The notes beneath the pieces are model-generated. The model did not search any database, was not told where the DNA came from, and saw only the letters and a program-made list of their open reading frames with translations. DNA of 64,000 bases from an uncultured Acidobacteriota bacterium (GTDB taxonomy: Bacteria; Acidobacteriota; Thermoanaerobaculia; Gp7-AA8). Shown piece after piece: positions 18,770 to 28,484 of the stretch. Position 1 is the stretch's first letter. Each line of letters opens with the position of its first letter. The position numbers and the translations under genes were made by a program. The DNA lies in the NCBI GenBank assembly GCA_963822445.1, contig CAWGHO010000002.1, positions 640,001 to 704,000 on the forward strand, given 5' to 3'.

Positions 18770-21169
18770 TCATCCCTTGCGATTGCGCATCCGTGTCGTA
18801 TTCGGGGCCTTGGTGGCTCCGTCGTCGACAGTGACCAGCACGTGGTGGAGATGGGAGACGTTCGCGTCGTCGATCACTTCGACGTCGATCGTGTACGTCC
18901 GCGCCTTGCCGTTGCTCTTCTCCGCGCGGAGGTTCAGCGTGAGCGGACCGGTGACGACCCAGTCCGGCGAGGTGTTGTCGTTCGGATCGTTGTCGTCCGA
19001 AGAAACCCCGACGATCTGCGCCGTGAACGCGGAGTTGTCGCTGATGGTGACGTTGATCGTGACCGCGACCATCTTGTGATCCGGCGGCCAGAGGCTCGAC
19101 GGGGACGCGGTTACGGTGATCGTTCGCTGCGTGGTCTGCGTGACGGTCACGGTGAACGAGCCGTTCGCGGTATTGCCGCGCGTGTCGGCCGCGGAACAGT
19201 TCACGGTGGTCGTGCCGGCGCTGAACGTCGAGCCGGAGGGCGGCGTGCAGGTGACGGTGACGCTGCCGTCGACGAGGTCGGTCGCCGTCGCGGTGTAGGT
19301 CACAGTGGATTGCGCGGTGGTGATGTCGTCGGGCAGCGTGAGAACCGGCGCGGTCGTGTCGACGACATGGATGAGGAATGAGCCGCTGACGCTCCCCGCG
19401 CTGCATTGCACGGTGGTCGTGCCGAGCGGGAACAGCGAGCCGGATGCCGGCGCGCAGGTGACACCGGCGGTCGTCGGCCGCCCGTTCTCATCGTCATCGC
19501 CGTTGCCGCCGGTGGTCGTAACGACGAAGGTCACCATCGCGCCAGACGGTCCGTCCGCCTCGGCGGTGATGTCGTCGGGAAGGTCGAGCGTGGGCGGCGG
19601 TGGCGGCACGTCGGGCGGCGTCACGGTGACGTCGAATCCGCCATTCGCGGTGTTGCCGCGCGAGTCGCTCGCCGAGCAGGTCACTGAGGTCGTGCCGACG
19701 GGGAATGTCGATCCCGAGGCCGGCGAACAGGTCACGCTGACGTCGCCGTCGACCAGATCGTTCGCTGAGGCGGTGTAGTTCACAACGGAACCGTTGTCTG
19801 AAGTTCCGCCGACGGTGAAGCTGCGCGGCAGATCCAGCGCAGGCGCGGTGGTGTCGACGACGGTGACGGTGAAGCTGTCGCTGGTCGAGCCGCCGCTGTC
19901 GGTCGCGGTGCACTGAACGGTGGTTACGCCGAGGGGGAAGGTCGATCCCGAGGCCGGTGAGCAGGAGACGGTGACCGGATCGTTCGGACGTCCGTTCTCG
20001 TCGTCGCCCATCCCGCCGTTGCGTCCGGATGCCGAGAACGAGACCTGTGCACCGGCGGCGCTGGTCGCCTCGACGGTCATGTCCTCGGGAACGTCGATCT
20101 CAGGCGGCGGAGCAGGAGCCGGCGGCTCCGTCACGGTGACGCTGAACCCGCCGTTCGCGGTGTTGCCGCGCGAATCGCTCGCCGTGCAGCTGACAGGTGT
20201 CGTGCCGACGGGGAATGTCGATCCCGAGGCCGGCGAACAGGTCACGCTGACGTCGCCGTCGACCAGATCCGTTGCCGATGCGCTGTACGAGACGGTCGCG
20301 CCGCTGTTGGAGGTTCCGGCGACGGTGAAACTTTGCGGCAGGTTGAGGGCGGGCGCGGTCGTGTCGACGACCGTGATGGTGAAGCTCTCGCTCGACGACC
20401 CGCCGCTGTCGGTGGCGGTGCATTGAACGGTCGTTACGCCGATGGGGAAGGTCGATCCGGAGGCTGGCGAGCAGGAGACGCTGACGGGATCATTCGGGCG
20501 TCCGTTTTCGTCATCGCCGCCGTTCTGTCCGGATGCGGAGAACGAGACCTGTGCACCCGCGGCACTCGTCGCCTCGACGGTCATGTCGTCCGGAACGTCG
20601 ATTTCAGGCGGAGGAGGAGGAGCCGGCGCGGTCACGGTGACGCTGAATGAACCGCTGCTTTGGTTGCCGGAAAAATCGGAGGTCGTGCAGTTGACGAGGG
20701 TGGTGCCGACGGGAAACACACCCGGTCCGGGAGTGCAGGACGCACCGCGAACACCGTCCACGATGTCGGTGCCGTTGACGGTGAAGGAAACGGCCGCGCC
20801 CTGATTCGAAGACGCGGGAACTGTGAAGTCCCCGGGCAGGTGCAGCGTCGGCGCGGTGGTGTCGGTCACGATGACCTGAAAGCTTCCGGTTGCCGATCCG
20901 TTCGAGTCGGTGGCGCTGCACTGAACCGTGGTCGTGCCGAGCGAAAACCGCGAGCCCGAAGCGGGATGGCAATCGACGCCGGCAGGTCCATCGAGAGGGC
21001 GTCCGTTGACGTCGTCCGCGCTTCCGTCACTACTGGCCAACACCGAGTAGGTCACGATCGCGCCGGCGGGTCCCGTGGCTTCTGCCGAGACCGAGCCGGG
21101 AAGACTCAGGCTCGCGGCACACAGCGGCACTGCCAATGCGAGCACCACCAGGCAGACGATCGAACGCAT
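18770..21169 (-). CDS. Secreted HYR-repeat protein with a C-terminal LWPPxHKM-type domain
   Basis: About 8 repeats of CSPASGSTFPxGTTxVxCxAxD..F.VTV; signal peptide; internal 510-bp duplication. Confidence 0.88.
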   Translation of the reverse strand: MRSIVCLVVLALAVPLCAASLSLPGSVSAEATGPAGAIVTYSVLASSDGSADDVNGRPLDGPAGVDCHPASGSRFSLGTTTVQCSATDSNGSATGSFQVIVTDTTAPTLHLPGDFTVPASSNQGAAVSFTVNGTDIVDGVRGASCTPGPGVFPVGTTLVNCTTSDFSGNQSSGSFSVTVTAPAPPPPPEIDVPDDMTVEATSAAGAQVSFSASGQNGGDDENGRPNDPVSVSCSPASGSTFPIGVTTVQCTATDSGGSSSESFTITVVDTTAPALNLPQSFTVAGTSNSGATVSYSASATDLVDGDVSVTCSPASGSTFPVGTTPVSCTASDSRGNTANGGFSVTVTEPPAPAPPPEIDVPEDMTVEATSAAGAQVSFSASGRNGGMGDDENGRPNDPVTVSCSPASGSTFPLGVTTVQCTATDSGGSTSDSFTVTVVDTTAPALDLPRSFTVGGTSDNGSVVNYTASANDLVDGDVSVTCSPASGSTFPVGTTSVTCSASDSRGNTANGGFDVTVTPPDVPPPPPTLDLPDDITAEADGPSGAMVTFVVTTTGGNGDDDENGRPTTAGVTCAPASGSLFPLGTTTVQCSAGSVSGSFLIHVVDTTAPVLTLPDDITTAQSTVTYTATATDLVDGSVTVTCTPPSGSTFSAGTTTVNCSAADTRGNTANGSFTVTVTQTTQRTITVTASPSSLWPPDHKMVAVTINVTISDNSAFTAQIVGVSSDDNDPNDNTSPDWVVTGPLTLNLRAEKSNGKARTYTIDVEVIDDANVSHLHHVLVTVDDGATKAPNTTRMRNRKG

Positions 21170-21215
21170 GCAGGACCTCCGACGGACGTTTACGGAAAGA
21201 AGATTCTACGTCAGA

Positions 21216-23954
21216 TCAACCCTGCAGGAGATCCTCCAACTCTTCCTTGCTGAACTGTTTCACGAGTGACGGGTCATCGGTCCTGATGAGCTCCGTGGCC
21301 AGTGCGCCTTTGCTGGTGATGAGCGCATCGATCTTCTCCTCGATCGTTCCGCGGGTGATGAGCTTGATTACCTGCACGCCCTGGTTCTGGCCGAGTCGGT
21401 GAACGCGGTCGGTGGCCTGGTCCTCGCGGGCCTGATTCCACCAGCGGTCGTAGTGGATGACCACCGACGCCGGCGTCAGATCGATCCCCAGTCCGCCCGC
21501 GCGGAGACTGGCCGTGAACACGCGGCAATCGGGATCGTCGCGGAATCGCGCGACCTCCTTGCCCCGCTCGCGCGTACCGCCTTTGATCGACGCGTAGCCG
21601 ATGTCGTTCTGAAACAGGTGCCGCTCGATGAGGGCGAGCATCGACAGGTACTGGCTGAACACGACCACCTTCAGGCCGCTGCTCATGCACTCGTCGAGGA
21701 GCTCGATGAACGTCTCCCACTTGCCGGAAGTCACGTCCGCGGAGAATCCGCCGCCGACGGACGCCGGGTGATTGCAGATCTGCTTGAGGTAATTCAGGGC
21801 CGCGAAGATGTGCACGTAAGACACCCTCGCACCTGCATGGAGCTGTGAGCGCAACGGCTTTGCGCGCGCCTCGATCACCCGGCGATACAGCGCGCGCTGC
21901 TCGCCGGTGAGCTCGCAGTAGCGTTTGTCGACGATCTTCGGCGGGAGCTGCGTGAGCACCTGCGCTTTCGTGCGGCGAAGCACGAACGGACGGACGAGGC
22001 GTTGCAGCGTGGCGCGGTCGTCGACGTACTTCGGCAGATAACCCGGCACCACGAAATCGAGCAGCGCCTTCAGCTCTCCTTCGTGATTTTCGATCGGCGT
22101 TCCGGTGAGGCCGATGGCCACACGCTTCTCGATCGCACGCAACGCGTGATGCGTGGCCGTGTCGGCGTTCTTGATGGTCTGCATCTCATCGAGGACGACC
22201 AGATCGAAGCGCTTGCCGCGGAACTGCTCGATGCGGCTGCGCACGATGCCGTACGTCGTCAGCGTGACCGGAACATTCGGGATGTAGCGCGCGAGCTTGT
22301 CCCGCCAGTGATCGAGCACCGAGGTCGGGCAAACGATGAGGATCTGCTGCGATGGATCGACGTGCGTGACGGCGCGGATCAAGGCGAGGGCCTGATGGGT
22401 CTTGCCGAGGCCCATGTCGTCGCAGAGCAGGCCGCCGAAGCCGTTGTGCTGCAGGAGCCACAGCCAGTGATAACCGGTGTGCTGGTACGCGTACAGGTCG
22501 AGGCCGAGCATGGCCGGCGATGGAGCGTCGGCCGCGGTCTGCACCTGATCGAACATGCTGAAAACCTGCTCGCACGATGGATCGCCGCGAAACATCGCCG
22601 TGCCACGAAGCGATCCGCGGATCCGCAGCAACTCCAGCTTCGTGACGAGCACGTGCCCTCGCGGTCCGATGGTGGTTTCGTCGAGCCAGGCGAACTGGGG
22701 ATCGGTGACGTCGATCCACAGAGTCTCGCGAATCAGCGCCCTCGCCCCGTCCTTGCGCGCTTTCGCGATCTCCGCCGCGGTCACACCATGCTCGAAGGTG
22801 ATCTCGATCTCGAGCAGATCGGTGGTGTGGTGTAGACCTCCGGCCTGCCTATCGATCCCCCCACCCGTGGGCAGGCCGGAGGCCCGCACCACACGCGGCG
22901 CAAACTGGAACACTACCTCCCCCGCCAGCTTCACCGGTCGCGCGTTGCGAACCACCTCCGGCGCAAGTGCGGGCGGCAGCGTCGCCAGCTCGTCGCGATG
23001 CCGCTCGACGAACGCAAACACGTTCTCCTCGGCGATCAGCGTCTCGCGGTCATACGGCAGACCGGCGGCGGGCCGCACTTCGAAGAGCAGCGACTGATCG
23101 CGAGCCGTTTTCTCGGTGAACATCGGCGCGGCAGGCGCGGTTGACGCAAATCGATTCCTGAGGAAGAACCAGCGGCCGAACTGGGGCAGCGTTGCACGAT
23201 CGTGAATCACGCCACTCGCCGTGAGGAGCACTGGTGTGAATCGCAGTGCGCGCTGCTCCGTCACCTCGACCCGCAGCGACGACGTGAGCGATTGCGGCGC
23301 AACCTCGAAGCCGCTCGCGATCACGATTGCCGGCGCGGTGTTGATCACATGCTCCACGGCGCCCGCCGCCAACGGGATCGTCTGATCGCCCGCGAGCAGC
23401 CGGAATCCGCCCTCGTGCAACTCGAGACGCACCGTGCCGCCGTCGCGGAGGAACATCTCTTTCGACCAGCGATACCAGGGCGAGGTCTCGAACTTCAGCC
23501 GCACCGATCCCGATCCGCGCCGCAGCAGCTCCTGCTCCTGCTCGGTGAAGACGTACTTGCGCAGAAGCTGTTCGCGGGCGTCGGAGCCGTTGGCCTCAAT
23601 GGGACGGCCATCCTCGAACGACGCGAACGCGACCGCTCTCCAGACGCTGCCATCGAACCGCTCCGCGGTCGTCGCCCCATCCTCGGAAACGATCCGCGAT
23701 ACGAGAATCGCGACGTGCCTGCAGAAATCCCCCGCGCGGGTCCAGGCGGTGCAGGTGCAGCGGGCGGACTGCACGCGACCCGGCTCGAGCACGACCACCG
23801 GCGCGAACGTGCGGCGCTCGTTCTCGGTCACGTTCGCGGTGTAGGCGCTGCGGAAGAAGAGCGTGTCGGCGACGCGAAAGCGCGCGTCATTCGTCTCGAT
23901 CGTCTTGAGCGTGGCAGGGGAAAACGCGGAACGGTAGCGATCGGGAACGGGCAT
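21216..23954 (-). CDS. SWIM zinc-finger SNF2-family helicase/ATPase
   Basis: CTC-x9-CRH SWIM; DDMGLGKT, DEMQ, TGTPIEN, VFSQY, GGLGIDL and QATDRVHRLGQ helicase motifs. Confidence 0.93.
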   Translation of the reverse strand: MPVPDRYRSAFSPATLKTIETNDARFRVADTLFFRSAYTANVTENERRTFAPVVVLEPGRVQSARCTCTAWTRAGDFCRHVAILVSRIVSEDGATTAERFDGSVWRAVAFASFEDGRPIEANGSDAREQLLRKYVFTEQEQELLRRGSGSVRLKFETSPWYRWSKEMFLRDGGTVRLELHEGGFRLLAGDQTIPLAAGAVEHVINTAPAIVIASGFEVAPQSLTSSLRVEVTEQRALRFTPVLLTASGVIHDRATLPQFGRWFFLRNRFASTAPAAPMFTEKTARDQSLLFEVRPAAGLPYDRETLIAEENVFAFVERHRDELATLPPALAPEVVRNARPVKLAGEVVFQFAPRVVRASGLPTGGGIDRQAGGLHHTTDLLEIEITFEHGVTAAEIAKARKDGARALIRETLWIDVTDPQFAWLDETTIGPRGHVLVTKLELLRIRGSLRGTAMFRGDPSCEQVFSMFDQVQTAADAPSPAMLGLDLYAYQHTGYHWLWLLQHNGFGGLLCDDMGLGKTHQALALIRAVTHVDPSQQILIVCPTSVLDHWRDKLARYIPNVPVTLTTYGIVRSRIEQFRGKRFDLVVLDEMQTIKNADTATHHALRAIEKRVAIGLTGTPIENHEGELKALLDFVVPGYLPKYVDDRATLQRLVRPFVLRRTKAQVLTQLPPKIVDKRYCELTGEQRALYRRVIEARAKPLRSQLHAGARVSYVHIFAALNYLKQICNHPASVGGGFSADVTSGKWETFIELLDECMSSGLKVVVFSQYLSMLALIERHLFQNDIGYASIKGGTRERGKEVARFRDDPDCRVFTASLRAGGLGIDLTPASVVIHYDRWWNQAREDQATDRVHRLGQNQGVQVIKLITRGTIEEKIDALITSKGALATELIRTDDPSLVKQFSKEELEDLLQG
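22826..22893. repeat. REP-like palindrome inserted in frame within the SNF2 gene
   Basis: TGTGGTGTAGACCTCCGGCCTGCC ... GGCAGGCCGGAGGCCCGCACCACA, about 24-bp arms; translated as VVRASGLPTGGGIDRQAGGLHHT. Confidence 0.75.
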
Positions 23955-23955
23955 G

Positions 23956-23992
23956 AAAAAAGGGACGGCGAACCATGACAGTTCGCCGTCCC
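23956..23992 (-). terminator. Intrinsic terminator after the HYR gene
   Basis: GGGACGGCGAAC-7 nt-GTTCGCCGTCCC stem followed by six T on the minus strand. Confidence 0.8.
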
Positions 23993-24022
23993 ACATTCAA
24001 GACTTGAAGTTTTGCGTTTTTC

Positions 24023-25456
24023 CTATCGCCTGCCGCTGGACCGCCGTTTCGGTGAAGGCGTTTCCGACTGCCCGCTGCCTGCCGGTACGACCACGCGTGC
24101 CGTCGAAGCCAGCGCGTTGCCGTAGAAGTCCGAGCAGGAGACCCACACGTCGTAATACCGGTCGTACTTCGTGTACTCGGCGCGGAGCTCGACGGTCAGA
24201 TCGCCGGTGATGCTCCAGTCGCCGTCCTTCTCTTGGTCGAGGTCGCCGGTGCTGATCGTCTGATTCGAGGTGACGGCGAAGACATGGCAGAACGGCTTCG
24301 GGTCGAAGTCGTCGAACACGTCGAGGCCGATCTCGATCGGATACATCCGGCCGTCCGCGGTGCGCAGGATGTCCGGCGACGCGTAGGCCTTCTCGATGTG
24401 AGGCGCCTTCGGGTCGGCGACGTCGATCGTGAACGACGTCCGTCCGCGCATGCCCCACGCATCGAGCGCGTCGCACTCGACGGTCGTGACGCCGATCGGG
24501 AACATCGAGCCGTTCTCGTGCGAACAGTTGACGGTCGGCTCGCGGTCTTCCGTTCCCTCGACCAGGACCTTCCACTCGATCTTCTCGCCTTCGGGGCTGC
24601 GCGCTTCGACGCGGATGTTGTCCGCGTACAGCGTCAGCTCGTAGTACTCCCGCTCGCCGATGACTTCGACCGGGAAGGAGTCGGTCGTGGTGTTGCCGTC
24701 GAAGTCGTTGGCGACACACATCACGTTGGTCACGCCGACCGGGAACATGTCGCCCGACCGCGGCAGACATTCCGGAATCACGTCACCCCAGATCTCGTCG
24801 AAGGCCTTGACGTCGTACTCGACCTTCGCGCCCTCACGGGATTCTGCTTTCACCCGGATCGGCTCTTCGGGCAGGTAGATCTCCGGCCCGATGCTGTCGG
24901 CGACCAGCACCTCGAACGACGCATTCGCCTTCTCGCCATAGCGGTTCGAGGCGGTGCAGTCCACGGTCGTCGAGCCCATCTTGAAGAACTCGCCCGAGAA
25001 CGGGAAACACTCGACAGTCGGGAACGGATCCTCACCGCCGAGGGGCATGACCTCGTACTTCACGAACGCGCCTTCGCGGCTCTTGGCCTGAATGCGAAGG
25101 ATCTCCGGCGTCAGGATGACGAGCGGGAAGAACTTGAAGCCCTGCACGGTGAAATTGACGGAGTTCGAGTCCCCCGTTCCGCCGCGCACGTACACGCTGT
25201 AAACCCCCGAGCTCTGGACGATCGATGCCGGAACCCAGAAAACCACGTTGCCGGTGTACGTACCGTTTGCGTTGAGCTCGAAATGTCCTGCCGGACCATC
25301 GAAAACGACCTGCGAACCCAATCCGCTTCCGTAGATGGTCACGAAGTGTTCGCCGCTGTTTACTTTGACTGTCGCCGGCGAGATCGACGTGATCGTGCCG
25401 GCACTGGCGCTGAATGCGCACAAAACGAGAACTAACACCACAAGGGTACTTTTCAC
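24023..25456 (-). CDS. Secreted IPT/TIG-like plus HYR-repeat protein
   Basis: Signal peptide, ITSISP (TIG-like), three HYR repeats (C..SG..FPxGxTxVxC), and a C-terminal domain resembling that of 18770-21169. Confidence 0.82.
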   Translation of the reverse strand: MKSTLVVLVLVLCAFSASAGTITSISPATVKVNSGEHFVTIYGSGLGSQVVFDGPAGHFELNANGTYTGNVVFWVPASIVQSSGVYSVYVRGGTGDSNSVNFTVQGFKFFPLVILTPEILRIQAKSREGAFVKYEVMPLGGEDPFPTVECFPFSGEFFKMGSTTVDCTASNRYGEKANASFEVLVADSIGPEIYLPEEPIRVKAESREGAKVEYDVKAFDEIWGDVIPECLPRSGDMFPVGVTNVMCVANDFDGNTTTDSFPVEVIGEREYYELTLYADNIRVEARSPEGEKIEWKVLVEGTEDREPTVNCSHENGSMFPIGVTTVECDALDAWGMRGRTSFTIDVADPKAPHIEKAYASPDILRTADGRMYPIEIGLDVFDDFDPKPFCHVFAVTSNQTISTGDLDQEKDGDWSITGDLTVELRAEYTKYDRYYDVWVSCSDFYGNALASTARVVVPAGSGQSETPSPKRRSSGRR

Positions 25457-25578
25457 ACGTCCTCCGAGAACTGAGAGAGAGAAGAGGTTCCTATACGGGT
25501 CTGAAGGAGGAGATTCTAGAGGAATGCCGGACAGCCGCTGTGACGCAGATCATGCTCTGCGAGAGGAACCTCAACTTG

Positions 25579-27840
25579 TCACAGGCGGCGTTCGCTGACG
25601 CTTTGTTGCTGACCTCGCAACTTGCTCAATTCACGGACGTCTTCTTGATTGGAAGGGTCCGCCGCGACGAGCTTTTCGCGGATCCGCACCGCGGTCGCAA
25701 AAGCCAGCTCAGCCTCCGCGATGCGGTCGAGCATGTTCAGCGCACGGCCGCGCTCGCCATGCGCAAACGCGAGATCGCGCTGCGCCTCGGCATTCTTCGG
25801 ATCGGCCGCGGCCAGCGGCGTGAGCATCGCCAGCGCGCGATCCGTCGATTCGAGCGCGCCGGCGCCGTCCTCCATCATGTTCTGCGCGGTCGCCTTCATC
25901 ACGAATTGATCGGCGACGTTGCGTTGCGCGACCGCATCAGCCGGATCGAGTGAGGCCCGCTCTTCGAGAGCATGCAGCGCGGCGTCGTGATGCTCGATCG
26001 CCCGTGGAAGGTTCCGCTCGATGATTCCGGTGAAGTAACCGCCCAGGCGCTGATTTGCTCGCGCTGTTTCGAGGAGCGCGTCGCGCCAGTGAGGACTGTT
26101 CCTCGGAATGTGCCTCAGCGACGCGAGCGCGGCCTCGTACGCCTGACGTGGCGTGCCTCGCCGGAGCTCCACGGGGATCTTCTTGCGGCCGATATAACGG
26201 CAGTCGCCGATCGCCGTCCACGTTCTGGCCAGTGCGAGATCGCGCGGGACGTCACGCGGCAGCGACTCGCGGATCGCCCGCGCCGTCTCGTGCTCGGTGA
26301 TGGCCACGTCCCACCGCGTCGCCCGCTGCTCGACGAGCCCGAGGCGATCGTGCGCGTCGGCGAGCAACGTCAGAGCCTCGCGGTTTTCGGGCTCGTCCGA
26401 GCGCACCGACTGCGAGATGTCCAGCGCCTTCCGATAACTCGCAGTGGCGCCGGCCGTGTCGCCGAGGTTGGCGCGGTAGGGAAGACCCTGCACGTCGCCG
26501 ATTTTCAGATAGGCACCGGCGAGCTCCATCCGCAGCGGCGTGTTGTTCTCCCCTTCCGCGGCGAGCCGATCGAGATAAACGAGCGCGCGGCGAACGAGCA
26601 GCTCGCGCGCGGGCGTCGAGCCGGGCAACGGCGCGATGGCGTCGTGCAGCTCGAAAACGACCGAGCGCGCCAGCGATCGCACTTCGTCGAAGCGCCGCTC
26701 GGCGATCCGTTTCTGATGGAGCGTGGCCGCGAAGGCGATTGCCGTCACGATCACGATTGCGAACGCCGTCGCAACGACGAGGATGTTGCGGCGAACGAAC
26801 TTCGTCGCCTGATACGCGAACGTGGCCCGGCGCGCGGCGACGGGATGTCCGCTGAGGTAGCGGCGGATGTCATCCGCGAGCTTCTCCACCGATCCATAAC
26901 GGCGGGCCGGCTCGACCTCCAGGGCCATGGCGATGATGTTGTCGAGATCGCCGCGCAACGCGCGCACTCCCGACGCCGTGCTGGCCCGCGCGGCCTCGGT
27001 CGACGCGGTCCGCGTCGCCGGATCGAAGGGATGCTGGCCCGTCAGCAGCTCGAAGAGCAGAACGCCGAGGGAGTAGACGTCCGTAGCGGTCGTGATCGCG
27101 CCGCCCAGCAGCTGCTCGGGACTCGCGTACTGCGGGGTCATGATGCGCGTCGATCCCGTATCGAGGCGGGTATCCGTGGCGATGAGCTTGGCGATGCCGA
27201 AGTCGAGCAGCTTCGGCGTGCCGGTCGGCGTGACGAGCACGTTCGCCGGCTTGATGTCGCGATGGATGACCAGTCCGCGGTGCGCGTGCTCGACGGCGTC
27301 GCAAAGCTGCAGGAAAAGATGAAGTTTTTCGTGGACCGACGCGGAGCGCGAGTACGTGTCGATCGGAGCGCCCTCGACGTACTCCATGACCAGATACGGC
27401 AGGCCGTCCGCGGTCGTACCGCCGTCGATCAGGCGGGCGATGTTCGGATGCTCGAGCGCGGCGAGGATCTGCCGCTCCTGCCGGAATCTCTGCACGAGCG
27501 CCTCGCCGCCGCGAACGAGTTTGATGGCCACCCGCTGCGAGAACTCCTCGGTCTGCCGGACGGCGAGGAACACCGTCCCCATCCCGCCATGGCCGAGCTG
27601 GCGGACCACGCGATAGGGACCGATCGTCGCACCGACCAGCCGATCCCCTTCGCTCGCGTCGATCAGTTCCCAGACCGACTTCTCGAGAAAGACTCCCGGC
27701 TCTTCATGGGCGGCCAGGAGGGACTGGACTTCTTCGCGCACGCGTGGCTCGGCGCCATTCAGGAGCCGCTCGCGCGTGTCCGGACCGGCATCGGCAACGG
27801 CGTGGAAGAGATCGCGAACCTCGTCCCAGAACGCGGTCAT
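25579..27840 (-). CDS. Hanks-type Ser/Thr kinase with a TM segment and TPR-like C-terminus (ECF-associated)
   Basis: GHGGMG, VAIK, HRDIKPAN, DFG and YASPEQ motifs. ATG at 27840 overlaps the sigma stop codon (ATGA). Confidence 0.93.
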   Translation of the reverse strand: MTAFWDEVRDLFHAVADAGPDTRERLLNGAEPRVREEVQSLLAAHEEPGVFLEKSVWELIDASEGDRLVGATIGPYRVVRQLGHGGMGTVFLAVRQTEEFSQRVAIKLVRGGEALVQRFRQERQILAALEHPNIARLIDGGTTADGLPYLVMEYVEGAPIDTYSRSASVHEKLHLFLQLCDAVEHAHRGLVIHRDIKPANVLVTPTGTPKLLDFGIAKLIATDTRLDTGSTRIMTPQYASPEQLLGGAITTATDVYSLGVLLFELLTGQHPFDPATRTASTEAARASTASGVRALRGDLDNIIAMALEVEPARRYGSVEKLADDIRRYLSGHPVAARRATFAYQATKFVRRNILVVATAFAIVIVTAIAFAATLHQKRIAERRFDEVRSLARSVVFELHDAIAPLPGSTPARELLVRRALVYLDRLAAEGENNTPLRMELAGAYLKIGDVQGLPYRANLGDTAGATASYRKALDISQSVRSDEPENREALTLLADAHDRLGLVEQRATRWDVAITEHETARAIRESLPRDVPRDLALARTWTAIGDCRYIGRKKIPVELRRGTPRQAYEAALASLRHIPRNSPHWRDALLETARANQRLGGYFTGIIERNLPRAIEHHDAALHALEERASLDPADAVAQRNVADQFVMKATAQNMMEDGAGALESTDRALAMLTPLAAADPKNAEAQRDLAFAHGERGRALNMLDRIAEAELAFATAVRIREKLVAADPSNQEDVRELSKLRGQQQSVSERRL

Positions 27841-28391
27841 CGCACCGTGAGCTCGCGCCGCAACCAGGCGCGCGCCATCGTCCACTCGCGGCTGATGGTC
27901 GCGGGCGAGATGCCCAGGACCGCCGCGGTCTCGTCGATGGTCAGGCCGGCGTAGAAGCGAAGCTCCACGATGCGGGCCTGCTGGGGAAAGATCTTTTCGA
28001 GATTCTCGAGGGCCAGGTCGAGAGCGACGACGTCGAGGTTCTCGGTCGCCGCGAGATCGATCGCCGCGCCGATCGTGACCGCGACCACATCCCCGCCGCG
28101 CTTGTCGCTGTTCCGGCGCCGGGCATGATCGACGAGGATCCGCCGCATGACCTGCGCGGCAACGGCGAAGAAATGGGCCCGGTCGTTCCAGGCCACATGC
28201 CGCTGATCGACGAGCTTCAGATAGAGCTCGTTGACCAGGGCCGTCGGCTGGAGGGTGTGTCCGGCGCGCTCGCGGTTCAGGTGGCGGCCGGCGATGGCGC
28301 GCAGGGGCTCGTACACGAGGCCGAGGAGCTGATCGCGTGCTTCCTGCTTACCGGCGCTCCAGTCGCGGAGCAGTTGCGTGACCTCGGACAT
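27837..28391 (-). CDS. ECF RNA polymerase sigma factor (TIGR02999/ECF43-like)
   Basis: VTQLL..W..G, HTLQPTALVNELYLKL, RAHFFAVAAQVMRRILVDHAR and VELRFYAGL..ETA..LG.S motifs. Confidence 0.92.
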   Translation of the reverse strand: MSEVTQLLRDWSAGKQEARDQLLGLVYEPLRAIAGRHLNRERAGHTLQPTALVNELYLKLVDQRHVAWNDRAHFFAVAAQVMRRILVDHARRRNSDKRGGDVVAVTIGAAIDLAATENLDVVALDLALENLEKIFPQQARIVELRFYAGLTIDETAAVLGISPATISREWTMARAWLRRELTVR

Positions 28392-28484
28392 GGGCTGAAT
28401 GGGAGACTGACGGCGATTTTACGCCGGAGTGAGGGACTTTGCCGGGCGTTTGCGCGATCTATTGGTGAGGAGCTCAGCAATCTG

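Noticed and set aside
21216-23954. SNF2 helicase as part of an anti-phage defence system
   Set aside because: No methylase, nuclease or other defence partner is adjacent, and stand-alone SWIM-SNF2 genes are common.
27744-28484. N-terminal 247 aa of the 1350-aa ORF
   Set aside because: Overlaps the ECF sigma gene on the opposite strand; the signal peptide begins at 28485/28494.
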